Assembly: GCA_934096035.1 (NCBI GenBank) | Contig: CAKOKX010000002.1 | Coordinates: 51,480 to 115,479 of the forward strand | Reading direction: 5' to 3' | Length of the DNA: 64,000 nt | DNA from: an uncultured Bacilli bacterium | Lineage (GTDB): Bacteria; Bacillota_I; Bacilli_A; RF39; UBA660 | Part shown: positions 47,267 through 57,000 of the stretch, in pieces | Layout of the letters: the number at the start of each line of letters is the position of its first letter | How positions within the stretch are numbered: position 1 is the stretch's first letter | Notes under the pieces: generated by a model | What the model was told of the DNA's origin: nothing | The model's database searches: none | The model's input: the letters and a program-made list of their open reading frames with translations, nothing else | Program-made: the position numbers and the translations under genes

Positions 47267-49906
47267 CTAACCAGTACAATACCCATAATTTGCACTTAGT
47301 TTAGCGCCTCCAAAACAATCTGGAATTCCATAATTTTTTTCACAAGCATAATAATTACCCATTTTAAATTTTTTATTTAAAGTATAACCTTCTGGACAAC
47401 AATAATTAGTATTTGGTACAGGTACATATTTACGAGCCCAAGCATTTTCCGCACAAGTAACCTCTAAATTCTTATCTGATATATTTTGAGCATGAGACCA
47501 TCTATCCATACACATATATTTATCAGTATTAATATCATATGTAAGCCATCCATTATAACAATGCCCCATATCAGAATCATATGTTATTCCTTTTGGGTTT
47601 TGACGATTATTACATACTGCATGACCTATCGGAGTAATAGTACATTCATTATAGGTATTACATGCTTTTACCCAGACATAAGTATCACCATATCGATTAA
47701 GACTTATTCTAGAACCAGAACAATAACCATTATATTTAGTAATTCCACTACAACCAACAGACCAGCCACTTGCATTTAAAGAAGGTGTGTTTTTGTTTGT
47801 AGAAGTATAATAATATATATTATTTGTTACAGCAGCTAATATTTTTGCACCAGCAAATATTTTCCCACTAGAACAATTATAATATACTTCATGATCAACA
47901 ATATTAGGATAATCCCTATCAATACTAACAAATTGTTCTTTTTTACTTATATTTCCCATCGCATCTTTTGCAAAAACGTAATATGTACCAAATTCCTTCC
48001 ATGTAAAACTACGACTAACATCTAAAGTTTTTGTATTTTTAACTGTTATCCATTTTTGTGGTGTTTCATAACCAGTAACTGCATAAGCTACTATACCTGA
48101 CTGACTATCCGTTATTTTTGCTGTTAATTTAAAATAGTTTCTATAATCAGAGTCAATAGTGAATCCTATATTTGGAGCTTCAGTATCAACATTTAACAAA
48201 TATTTGCTTATTCCTGAACATGTTTTATTAACGGTACAAGCTTTAACATAAACATAAATGCCATATCGACTCATATCAACATTTAAAGATGTTCCAGTAC
48301 TTGAAAGTTTAGATGAATCAAATCCATAATAATATGTTAATTTTTGAGATCCTTTATTAGTACTTTTCCATGTTAACGTATAATTCTTACTATGATATTT
48401 ACCACTTGCTATTCCATCTGATGCGCTTATTACTGGATTTGTCGGTTTTGTATCTACATTTATTTTATAGCTACTTATTCCCGAACACAAATTACTTTCT
48501 TTAGTACATGCCTTTACATACATTATTACATTATATTGTTCTTTCTTGGCACCTACTGAGGTTCCTTTATTTGTCATTTTCGTTTTATCTGTTCCATAAT
48601 AATATATCAAATTTTGTGAACCTTGATTCGTACTTTTCCATGATAATGTATAATCTTTGTCATGATATGATCCACTTACTTGACCATCTGATGCACTTAT
48701 TACTGGATTTGTCGGGATTGTATCTACATTTATTTTATAGCTACTTATTCCTGAACACAAATTACTTTCTCTTGTACACGCTTTTACATACATTATTACA
48801 TTATATTGATCTTTCTTAGCTACTACTGATGTACCTTTATTTGTCATTTTACTCTTATCTGTTCCATAATAATATATTAATTCTTGAGTTCCATTATATG
48901 TACTTTTCCATGATAATATATAATCTTTACTATGAAAATTTCCACTTGTTATTCCATCTGATGCACTTATTATTGGATTTTCAGGCTTTGCATCTATCGT
49001 AGAAATCGTCATTACTTTTTCATTTTCATTTCCTGCTATATCTTTTACACATATTTTATAATTACCATTTGATTTAATAGTTATTTTATTATGTGTATTA
49101 TAACCAGTACACTTAGCTGTTTCTCCAACTATTACATAACCTCCAACTCCAGACCCTAATCCATCACTTGCTACTATTTCTATTTCTTTACTTTCACTCC
49201 AATTTGTATCATATTTTATTTCATTTATTATCGGAGCTTTTTTATCTATATTTACTATTTGTGATGCCTCACTTACTTCATTATCTTTTGTTATTTTAGC
49301 TGTATAATTTATATTGGCTATCAAGTTTACATTTGTTTTTATAGTATCTTCTGTTGATGATATTCCCGTATTACTTTTCCAACTTATTTCATATCCAGAT
49401 TCTTTTGTTATTCTCTTTCCATTTACAAATTTTAACCCTATTGTTATATCATCTTTAAACCATTGTTCATTTTTTATATCATTACAATTATTTCCTACGA
49501 CTTGACATATCACTAAGTTTTTTCTTCTTATATATTCATTACATGTTGTACCATTTTTTCCTACATTACTTCCAAATTTTGCTTTATATTCTCCATCTTC
49601 CCAGACTAAATCTATTATATAACAATTCATTGATTCTCTAGTTACTGGATCATATATATCTGTTTCATCATCTGGTTTTATTAATCCAATCTTTATTAAG
49701 TCTTCTACACTTACTGCAGTGACATTTGTTTCATTAGCATATTCTATTGCTTTTGTTTCTAAATATGTTATTAAATTACTCTTTTCTTTTTCTAAAACAC
49801 TATTTCTTATATTTATAAACACTGCTACTGATGCAGATATTAATATTGATAGTACTACCAACACTGCAATAAGCTCTATTAATGTAAATCCTTTTCTATT
49901 TTTCAT
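47267..49906 (-). CDS. large modular type IV pilin-like protein (copy B, intact, 879 aa)
   Basis: MKNRKG|FTLIELIAVLVVLSIL prepilin signal. After the pilin-like head come Ig-like modules (KDIAGNENE, AKDAMGNISK), three 90-aa tandem repeats, and a ~200-aa Cys-rich C-terminal module. Confidence 0.8.
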   Translation of the reverse strand: MKNRKGFTLIELIAVLVVLSILISASVAVFINIRNSVLEKEKSNLITYLETKAIEYANETNVTAVSVEDLIKIGLIKPDDETDIYDPVTRESMNCYIIDLVWEDGEYKAKFGSNVGKNGTTCNEYIRRKNLVICQVVGNNCNDIKNEQWFKDDITIGLKFVNGKRITKESGYEISWKSNTGISSTEDTIKTNVNLIANINYTAKITKDNEVSEASQIVNIDKKAPIINEIKYDTNWSESKEIEIVASDGLGSGVGGYVIVGETAKCTGYNTHNKITIKSNGNYKICVKDIAGNENEKVMTISTIDAKPENPIISASDGITSGNFHSKDYILSWKSTYNGTQELIYYYGTDKSKMTNKGTSVVAKKDQYNVIMYVKACTRESNLCSGISSYKINVDTIPTNPVISASDGQVSGSYHDKDYTLSWKSTNQGSQNLIYYYGTDKTKMTNKGTSVGAKKEQYNVIMYVKACTKESNLCSGISSYKINVDTKPTNPVISASDGIASGKYHSKNYTLTWKSTNKGSQKLTYYYGFDSSKLSSTGTSLNVDMSRYGIYVYVKACTVNKTCSGISKYLLNVDTEAPNIGFTIDSDYRNYFKLTAKITDSQSGIVAYAVTGYETPQKWITVKNTKTLDVSRSFTWKEFGTYYVFAKDAMGNISKKEQFVSIDRDYPNIVDHEVYYNCSSGKIFAGAKILAAVTNNIYYYTSTNKNTPSLNASGWSVGCSGITKYNGYCSGSRISLNRYGDTYVWVKACNTYNECTITPIGHAVCNNRQNPKGITYDSDMGHCYNGWLTYDINTDKYMCMDRWSHAQNISDKNLEVTCAENAWARKYVPVPNTNYCCPEGYTLNKKFKMGNYYACEKNYGIPDCFGGAKLSANYGYCTG
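48176..48979 (-). repeat. three in-frame 270-bp (90-aa) tandem repeats inside copy B
   Basis: Units start NPIISASDGITSGNFHSKDYILSWKST..., NPVISASDGQVSGSYHDKDYTLSWKST... and NPVISASDGIASGKYHSKNYTLTWKST... Copy A (44911-45444) has only two units, and its second is a hybrid of units 2 and 3. Confidence 0.85.
48591..49906 (-). repeat. ~1.3 kb direct repeat, copy B
   Basis: Same evidence as copy A. Identity breaks at 48590/48591, which corresponds to 45055/45056 in copy A. Confidence 0.85.
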
Positions 49907-49909
49907 AAC

Positions 49910-50746
49910 TTACCTCCGATATATTAAAAAATCAACCATTTTAATTTTAGACACTTTAGATTTTATCTTTCCCTTAGAATATTCTTCGAAAAAAATCAAA
50001 TCACTCAAAGATACATTTTCATCAACAAGAACTTCTATAACTACTTTATAAAAATTACTAACATTAATTAAGGTACAATTGGAATAATATATTCCTTCTC
50101 CCTCTTTTAAATTATTTTCAATATTTCTAATAAGCATTTTACTTTGATCATTTTGACCTTTTAATAAAATTACATTATCAATTAATATTTTTAAGCCTTT
50201 AATAAAAATCACTATTGCCATAAATAAGGATCCTAATAAATCAAAAACTGGTATAAAAGCTCCAAGAACAACAAAAAAGATTGAGATAAAAACAAGTAAA
50301 AAATCATAATAATTTTCATGAGCAATTTCCATTACCATCTCACTTTGAATTTTTTTTGCACCATCAAATAATTTATTAGCCCATATTACTAATGATAATA
50401 TAATTATCAAAATGGGCAATAAAATTTTCAAATTAACAAACTCATAATTTATAAAAAATGATTTTCCAAAAATAACGAATCCTAAAATACATAGAATAAA
50501 GCCAAAGAAAGCCATTGAAGTCATAGGCAATGTACCATAACCAAATGGTTCTTTTTTACTACTTCGTCTACCTCTAATCAAAGATGCATTAAAACTTATT
50601 AAATTGCTTGAAAGATTACATAAAGAATAATATCCACTAGTAATTAATGTATAAGAACAAAATATTGTTCCACAATAAATTTTAGCCAAAGATATTAATG
50701 AACTAATAAAAATATCAATTAATGTAATACCTCTTTCTTCTTTCAT
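49910..50746 (-). CDS. cation diffusion facilitator (CDF)-like membrane protein with degenerate metal-site residues
   Basis: 278 aa. CDF-like layout (…KKEPFGYGTLPMTS… and C-terminal YKVVIEVLVDENVS), but the TM2 position reads TSGYYSLCN instead of the usual Asp/His-rich motif. The stop lies inside the RBS of pilin-like copy B. Confidence 0.45.
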   Translation of the reverse strand: MKEERGITLIDIFISSLISLAKIYCGTIFCSYTLITSGYYSLCNLSSNLISFNASLIRGRRSSKKEPFGYGTLPMTSMAFFGFILCILGFVIFGKSFFINYEFVNLKILLPILIIILSLVIWANKLFDGAKKIQSEMVMEIAHENYYDFLLVFISIFFVVLGAFIPVFDLLGSLFMAIVIFIKGLKILIDNVILLKGQNDQSKMLIRNIENNLKEGEGIYYSNCTLINVSNFYKVVIEVLVDENVSLSDLIFFEEYSKGKIKSKVSKIKMVDFLIYRR

Positions 50747-50758
50747 ACAAACTCCTTT

Positions 50759-51280
50759 TTAATCAAATATAATATAATCTTTTTTCCTTGGGCTAGCTGG
50801 TGGTAAAATCATATCTCTATAACCAAGTACAACATTACCTATTCCAACATAATTATCATTTAATCCCCATTTATTCATTAACTTTTTACCAAAATCAGTT
50901 TGAAAAGTTTCATAAGCTCTATGAACCCAACAACTATCAACACCTAAGCTAAATGCCACATTTATCATATTAGATATTACAGCACTACCATCTTCTTTAT
51001 AAGTACTTACATTTTTATCTGCAAAAACAATTATCAATGTCGGAGCATCATAAAATGGATTTAATCCTGGTTTATTTACAAAACTGCCATTTACTTTTGC
51101 AATTTCTGATATAAGCTCTTTATTTTGAACTACTACTATTTTAGCACTTTGCATATTTTTACCAGATGGTGCAAAAGTACCACATTTTAATATTTCATTT
51201 AGTATATCATCAGGTATTTGATCTTGTTTAAATTTTCTAATACTTCTTCGTTCACACAACACTTTTGTAACATCATTCAT
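50759..51280 (-). CDS. nitroreductase family protein
   Basis: LCERRSIRKF near the N-terminus. ATG at 51280 lies 8 nt after GGAGA. 173 aa. Confidence 0.8.
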   Translation of the reverse strand: MNDVTKVLCERRSIRKFKQDQIPDDILNEILKCGTFAPSGKNMQSAKIVVVQNKELISEIAKVNGSFVNKPGLNPFYDAPTLIIVFADKNVSTYKEDGSAVISNMINVAFSLGVDSCWVHRAYETFQTDFGKKLMNKWGLNDNYVGIGNVVLGYRDMILPPASPRKKDYIIFD

Positions 51281-51378
51281 TTGAATCATCTCCATACAAT
51301 ATAATAATAACATATTTTTTGCATTTAGGGTATTGCTTTTATAAAAAAAATTTGATAAGATAAGTTATGCAAAGACAT

Positions 51379-51455
51379 GGTGCAATTGGTGAAGTGGTTA
51401 ACACGCCGGATTGTGGCTCCGGTATGCAAGGGTTCGATTCCCTTATTGTGCCCCA
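51379..51455 (+). tRNA. tRNA-His (anticodon GTG) with G-1 and an encoded CCA
   Basis: Extra 5' G opposite C73. D loop AGTGGTTAA. Anticodon arm CCGGA-TTGTGGC-TCCGG. T arm AAGGG-TTCGATT-CCCTT. Acceptor has two G:T wobble pairs. Confidence 0.85.
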
Positions 51456-51556
51456 TTGTGAAATCTGCTCGAACTTTTCGAGTTATGATAAATGACTAAT
51501 TCAGAAATGGATTAGTTTTTTTGTTATTAAAAACTATCCTAACTTAAAAAGAAAGG

Positions 51557-51838
51557 ATGGAAACAATGGTAAATATTATTAAAGAAGAACTTTCATTAGA
51601 AGAATCATTAAAAAAGAAAATTGAGTTTATATGTGATTTTACTAATACTAAACCAACTATTATTAAGGGTAATATTAGAAAAGTTGATAGAACTAACTTA
51701 ATTTATATTGAGCCACATAGAATAATAATTAATAACATAACATTTCTTGTGTTTAATTATTCTAATGAAATATTTATTGAAAACTTATCTAATAAGATTA
51801 AATTATCAGAATTAGAAGATTATTTAAAAACAATCTAA
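51557..51838 (+). CDS. small hypothetical protein (93 aa)
   Basis: RBS AAAGAAAGG before the ATG. No family recognised. Confidence 0.45.
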   Translation: METMVNIIKEELSLEESLKKKIEFICDFTNTKPTIIKGNIRKVDRTNLIYIEPHRIIINNITFLVFNYSNEIFIENLSNKIKLSELEDYLKTI

Positions 51839-51985
51839 ATACTACTTATTCCCTAAACAGTGAATTGACAAATCAAAAAAAAGTGATATTATAAATAACC
51901 AATGAAAGAGGTATTCTCTAGAAAGAGAGGTACATCTATGATAAAATATATACATAAACAAAAAATTTATAATATTGAATATTGT

Positions 51986-52037
51986 GAGGAGTCAGTAGTA
52001 TTTAGACTTTATTAAATACTATTGGCTCCTCTTTTTT
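51986..52037 (+). promoter_or_regulatory. terminator-like hairpin immediately 5' of the recombinase RBS
   Basis: GAGGAGTCAGTAGTATTTA-gacttta-TTAAATACTATTGGCTCCTC plus T6, ending 21 nt before the ATG. A promoter precedes it (TTGACA 51865-70, 16 nt spacer, TGaTATTAT 51887-92). A 25-codon ORF (51938-52015, MIKYIHKQKIYNIEYCEESVVFRLY) runs into the stem. Confidence 0.55.
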
Positions 52038-52052
52038 AGTAAAAGGAGTTGA

Positions 52053-53912
<1,860 letters not shown>

Positions 53913-54037
53913 AATGCGTGGCACGTTATGAAATTACAAAGTAATTTTGTAAGTGGTGATAGCAATTTAAAAATTAATACTTTATGAACTTTAACAATTA
54001 CGAAGTTTTGGTTATTGTGAAATAAAGTAAACGGTTT

Positions 54038-54092
54038 CTAAGGTGGTAAACCTTAGCTTCCATATCTTGTCTCTGACAAGATATATAGGAAG
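54038..54092 (+). promoter_or_regulatory. candidate oriT (two adjacent hairpins) upstream of the relaxase gene
   Basis: CTAAGG-tggtaaa-CCTTAG (54038-54056), then CTTCC-ATATCTTGTC-tct-GACAAGATAT-ata-GGAAG (54057-54092), which contains a perfect 10-bp inverted repeat. Confidence 0.45.
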
Positions 54093-54159
54093 TTATGAAT
54101 AATGACAAAGCCACTTTCGTGCCATTTTCAATATTCATAATTTAGGGGGTGTTAAAAAT

Positions 54160-55485
54160 ATGGAATTATCTTATTCACTACATTTAGGTAATGATAAAAA
54201 CAAATCTATTAAAGCAAGACAAGAAGCAAAGAATACTCCATCAGGTACTACATCAAAAAATAATAATGCTATTCAAAATGTTAAGCAATTAGGTAAAGTT
54301 AATCATCATAATTTAAGACAATATTATAATAATCAAGAACTAATTAAAACTATTAAAGGTTCAAATGATATTACTAAAGATGTTAAAGAATTATATTTAG
54401 ATTTATTTGAAGAATCTAGACTAAAATATAATAAAAAACAAACAAGAGATGATAGAACTATTGATAACTACTTTAATAAAATAAGTAATGATACAAAACA
54501 TGACCTTGCTTGTGAGATAGTTATTGAACTTGGAAACATGAAATATTGGGATGAAAAAAGCCTAGAATACAAATATCAAATGATACAAGTATTCGAACAA
54601 CAATTAGAAGATATACAAGAAATAGTTCCAGACTTTTATATAGCAAATGCTACTATACATTTTGATGAACATTCTCCTCATATGCATATAGTTGGAGTTC
54701 CAGTAAAAGAAAATTGTAAAACAGGTTTATCAAGACAAGTTGGTAAAACTTCCATCTTCACAAAAGAATCACTAGTAGTTATTCAAGATAAAATGAGAGA
54801 AAGATGTATTAATGAATTTAATATTGTTTATGGATTAGATTCTAAACTTAAAGAAAAAGAAAAAGGTAAAAATAGAGATATTACTTCATATGAAAGAAAA
54901 CTCTTTAATGAAAGAGTTAAAGGACTTAAACAAGAAATATCTAATCTTCAAGATGAAGTATCTGATTTAGAAGATAATAAAGAATCTATCAATAAACAAA
55001 TTACTAAACTTAATAAAGATAAAGATGATATAAACGATGAAATTGATAAAAAGAAAAAACTTAATAATAAAATTATTATTAAATCTAAAAATCAATTATT
55101 AGACGAAAATAAAAAATTAAAAGAAGAAAATGAACATTTAAAGAGTATCAATTATCAAACTGAAAATAGATACAATGATTTAAAAGAAAGAACAGATTAT
55201 CTTATTTATCATTTAAATAAAATAATTAAAAAACTTCCAGAATTTATACAAAATCTAATTTATAGATTATTTAATTACAATAATATAAATCTTAATTTTT
55301 TTAAACAACAATATGATCCTGAAGTTATAAGAAAGAGAGAAAAATCATTTAAAAGATTTAATCTATTTAATAAAAAAGAAATTGAAAAAGTAACTAAACA
55401 TATTAATGATGAAATGGATGAGTATACTGAAGAATTTTATAACGATAAAAAAGATAAAGAAAAAGACGATGGCTTATCATTATAA
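54160..55485 (+). CDS. MobV/Pre-family mobilization relaxase
   Basis: HFDEHSPHMHIVGVPV (HxDE...PHxH motif), followed by a long Lys/Glu/Asn-rich coiled-coil C-terminus. Confidence 0.85.
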   Translation: MELSYSLHLGNDKNKSIKARQEAKNTPSGTTSKNNNAIQNVKQLGKVNHHNLRQYYNNQELIKTIKGSNDITKDVKELYLDLFEESRLKYNKKQTRDDRTIDNYFNKISNDTKHDLACEIVIELGNMKYWDEKSLEYKYQMIQVFEQQLEDIQEIVPDFYIANATIHFDEHSPHMHIVGVPVKENCKTGLSRQVGKTSIFTKESLVVIQDKMRERCINEFNIVYGLDSKLKEKEKGKNRDITSYERKLFNERVKGLKQEISNLQDEVSDLEDNKESINKQITKLNKDKDDINDEIDKKKKLNNKIIIKSKNQLLDENKKLKEENEHLKSINYQTENRYNDLKERTDYLIYHLNKIIKKLPEFIQNLIYRLFNYNNINLNFFKQQYDPEVIRKREKSFKRFNLFNKKEIEKVTKHINDEMDEYTEEFYNDKKDKEKDDGLSL

Positions 55486-55500
55486 GTCATCGTTCTTTTT
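55465..55500 (+). terminator. terminator between the convergent relaxase and deaminase genes
   Basis: ACGATG-(16 nt)-CATCGT followed by TCTTTTT. Confidence 0.5.
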
Positions 55501-55505
55501 AAGTG

Positions 55506-55913
55506 TTAATCACTTTTTCCCCACCAATCAGGCAATAATTCACTCATTTTTTTTGTTTCATAAGTTTTATCGTCAACTAGTATTTCAATATTTTTTGAAT
55601 CTTTACCTAATTGCATTATTAATTCTCTACACGCTCCACAAGGAGCTCCACCAATTTTTCCATTAGGCATAATACAAACGATTTTAGATATTTCATCTTC
55701 ACCATTAGTTATCATTGTATGAATGGCATTTCTTTCAGCACATATACCTAAAGTAGAACAAGTATCAATACACACACCTGTATAAACATTACCATTTTTA
55801 GATTGAATTGCTGCACTAACCATTCCTGCTTTAATATGATTAGATATTTGTCTTGGATTTAATACATCTTTTGCTCTTACTATTAATAAGTCCCATATTT
55901 CCTTGTCTTGCAT
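55506..55913 (-). CDS. small cytidine-deaminase-fold zinc enzyme (Cdd / blasticidin-S-deaminase-like)
   Basis: 135 aa. CAERNAI and PCGACRE zinc motifs. The C-terminal ELLPDWWGK resembles the tail of the small tetrameric deaminases. Confidence 0.8.
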   Translation of the reverse strand: MQDKEIWDLLIVRAKDVLNPRQISNHIKAGMVSAAIQSKNGNVYTGVCIDTCSTLGICAERNAIHTMITNGEDEISKIVCIMPNGKIGGAPCGACRELIMQLGKDSKNIEILVDDKTYETKKMSELLPDWWGKSD

Positions 55914-56806
55914 AAATCAATCACCTCAGCCCATTTTTCAATATATTCTTTAGGAATATTCAAACTTCCTGAACCTATACCTATATCATTATTTGGTTTT
56001 TTATCTCCATGAAAATCGCTACCACCACTAATAAATAAATTATTCTTTTTTGCATAATCAAGAAGAATATTTATTCTATTATCACTTTCAGCGGATGGAT
56101 GAAAACATTCAATACCATCAAGTTTTACTTCTTTTCTCAATTCATCAATAAATCCAATTGTATCTTCAAACTTATATTCAAATGGATGTGCTAAAAAAAC
56201 TAATCCACCAGCTTCATGAATTTTATCTGCAACATCTCTGAATTTTGGAGTTGGGAATTTTTTCTTTTCATCAAGATAGAAAACACTATCTGGATTATCT
56301 AATCCAATTCTTCTAAAATCATTAAAAGAATTAGCATAACTACCTAATTTTTCAACATTTTCAGGATACTTAATTATTTCATAAAACAAATAAACGATAA
56401 AGAAATCTGTTACTGGAATATCTTTTTTAATATTATCTAAATTATATTTTAATCCAGCTCTCTCACACATTTCTAAAGAAGCTTTTTTAGCACTTTCAAA
56501 CTTTTCAGTTAGTATCTCTTTTGAGAAAAACTTATCTGACCAATCATTTATTATTTTTGGATTTTTAATGTTATATGCTAAAAACTCTATTCTCTTGCCA
56601 TTATCTAATGTTGCATTCATTTCAGCACCAATTACTATTTTTCCTGTAAAAATATTTTTCTTTAATGCCTCATCTTCGTATTGTCTACATGTATTATGAT
56701 CTGTTAAGGAAATATATTCTAGATGTTTTTCTTCACATTTTTTTAATACTTCTTCCAATGGTTTATCACCATCAGAATACAATGAATGCATATGCATATC
56801 TACCAT
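55883..56806 (-). CDS. PHP-domain metal-dependent phosphoesterase
   Basis: MHMHSLYSDG (HxH), LTDHN, FLAHP, ECFHP, GGSDFHG. Overlaps the deaminase gene by 31 nt. Confidence 0.82.
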   Translation of the reverse strand: MVDMHMHSLYSDGDKPLEEVLKKCEEKHLEYISLTDHNTCRQYEDEALKKNIFTGKIVIGAEMNATLDNGKRIEFLAYNIKNPKIINDWSDKFFSKEILTEKFESAKKASLEMCERAGLKYNLDNIKKDIPVTDFFIVYLFYEIIKYPENVEKLGSYANSFNDFRRIGLDNPDSVFYLDEKKKFPTPKFRDVADKIHEAGGLVFLAHPFEYKFEDTIGFIDELRKEVKLDGIECFHPSAESDNRINILLDYAKKNNLFISGGSDFHGDKKPNNDIGIGSGSLNIPKEYIEKWAEVIDLCKTRKYGTY

Positions 56807-56931
56807 TTAAACCACCACCTACAATAATTATACCATTATTTTTGTTGTTTTTATAAAAATTACATAAAATGAATGAAATATTGACGATAATATGTTATAA
56901 TAATTGTCAATGAAAGCAAAGAACTAAATAA

Positions 56932-56983
56932 GGGCTAGTAAAGACTTATTGATACAAAAATAGGTTTACTAGGCTCTTTTTTT
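56932..56983 (+). promoter_or_regulatory. terminator-like hairpin in the kinase gene leader
   Basis: GGGCTAGTAAAGACTTATT-gatacaaa-AATAGGTTTACTAGGCTC (about 16 bp with a bulge) plus T7, ending 17 nt before the ATG at 57001. The only RBS (GAGGTG) lies after it. Confidence 0.55.
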
Positions 56984-57000
56984 AAAAATGAGGTGTTAAA

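Noticed and set aside
44911-48979. Regularly spaced repeats that could suggest a CRISPR array.
   Set aside because: The repeats are 270-bp in-frame coding units of the pilin-like proteins with no spacer/repeat alternation. No short 25-40 bp direct repeats with unique spacers, and no cas genes, were seen anywhere in the window.
55406-55666. 86-aa plus-strand ORF spanning the relaxase 3' end and the deaminase gene.
   Set aside because: It overlaps two supported genes and crosses the convergent terminator, with no RBS. Judged spurious.
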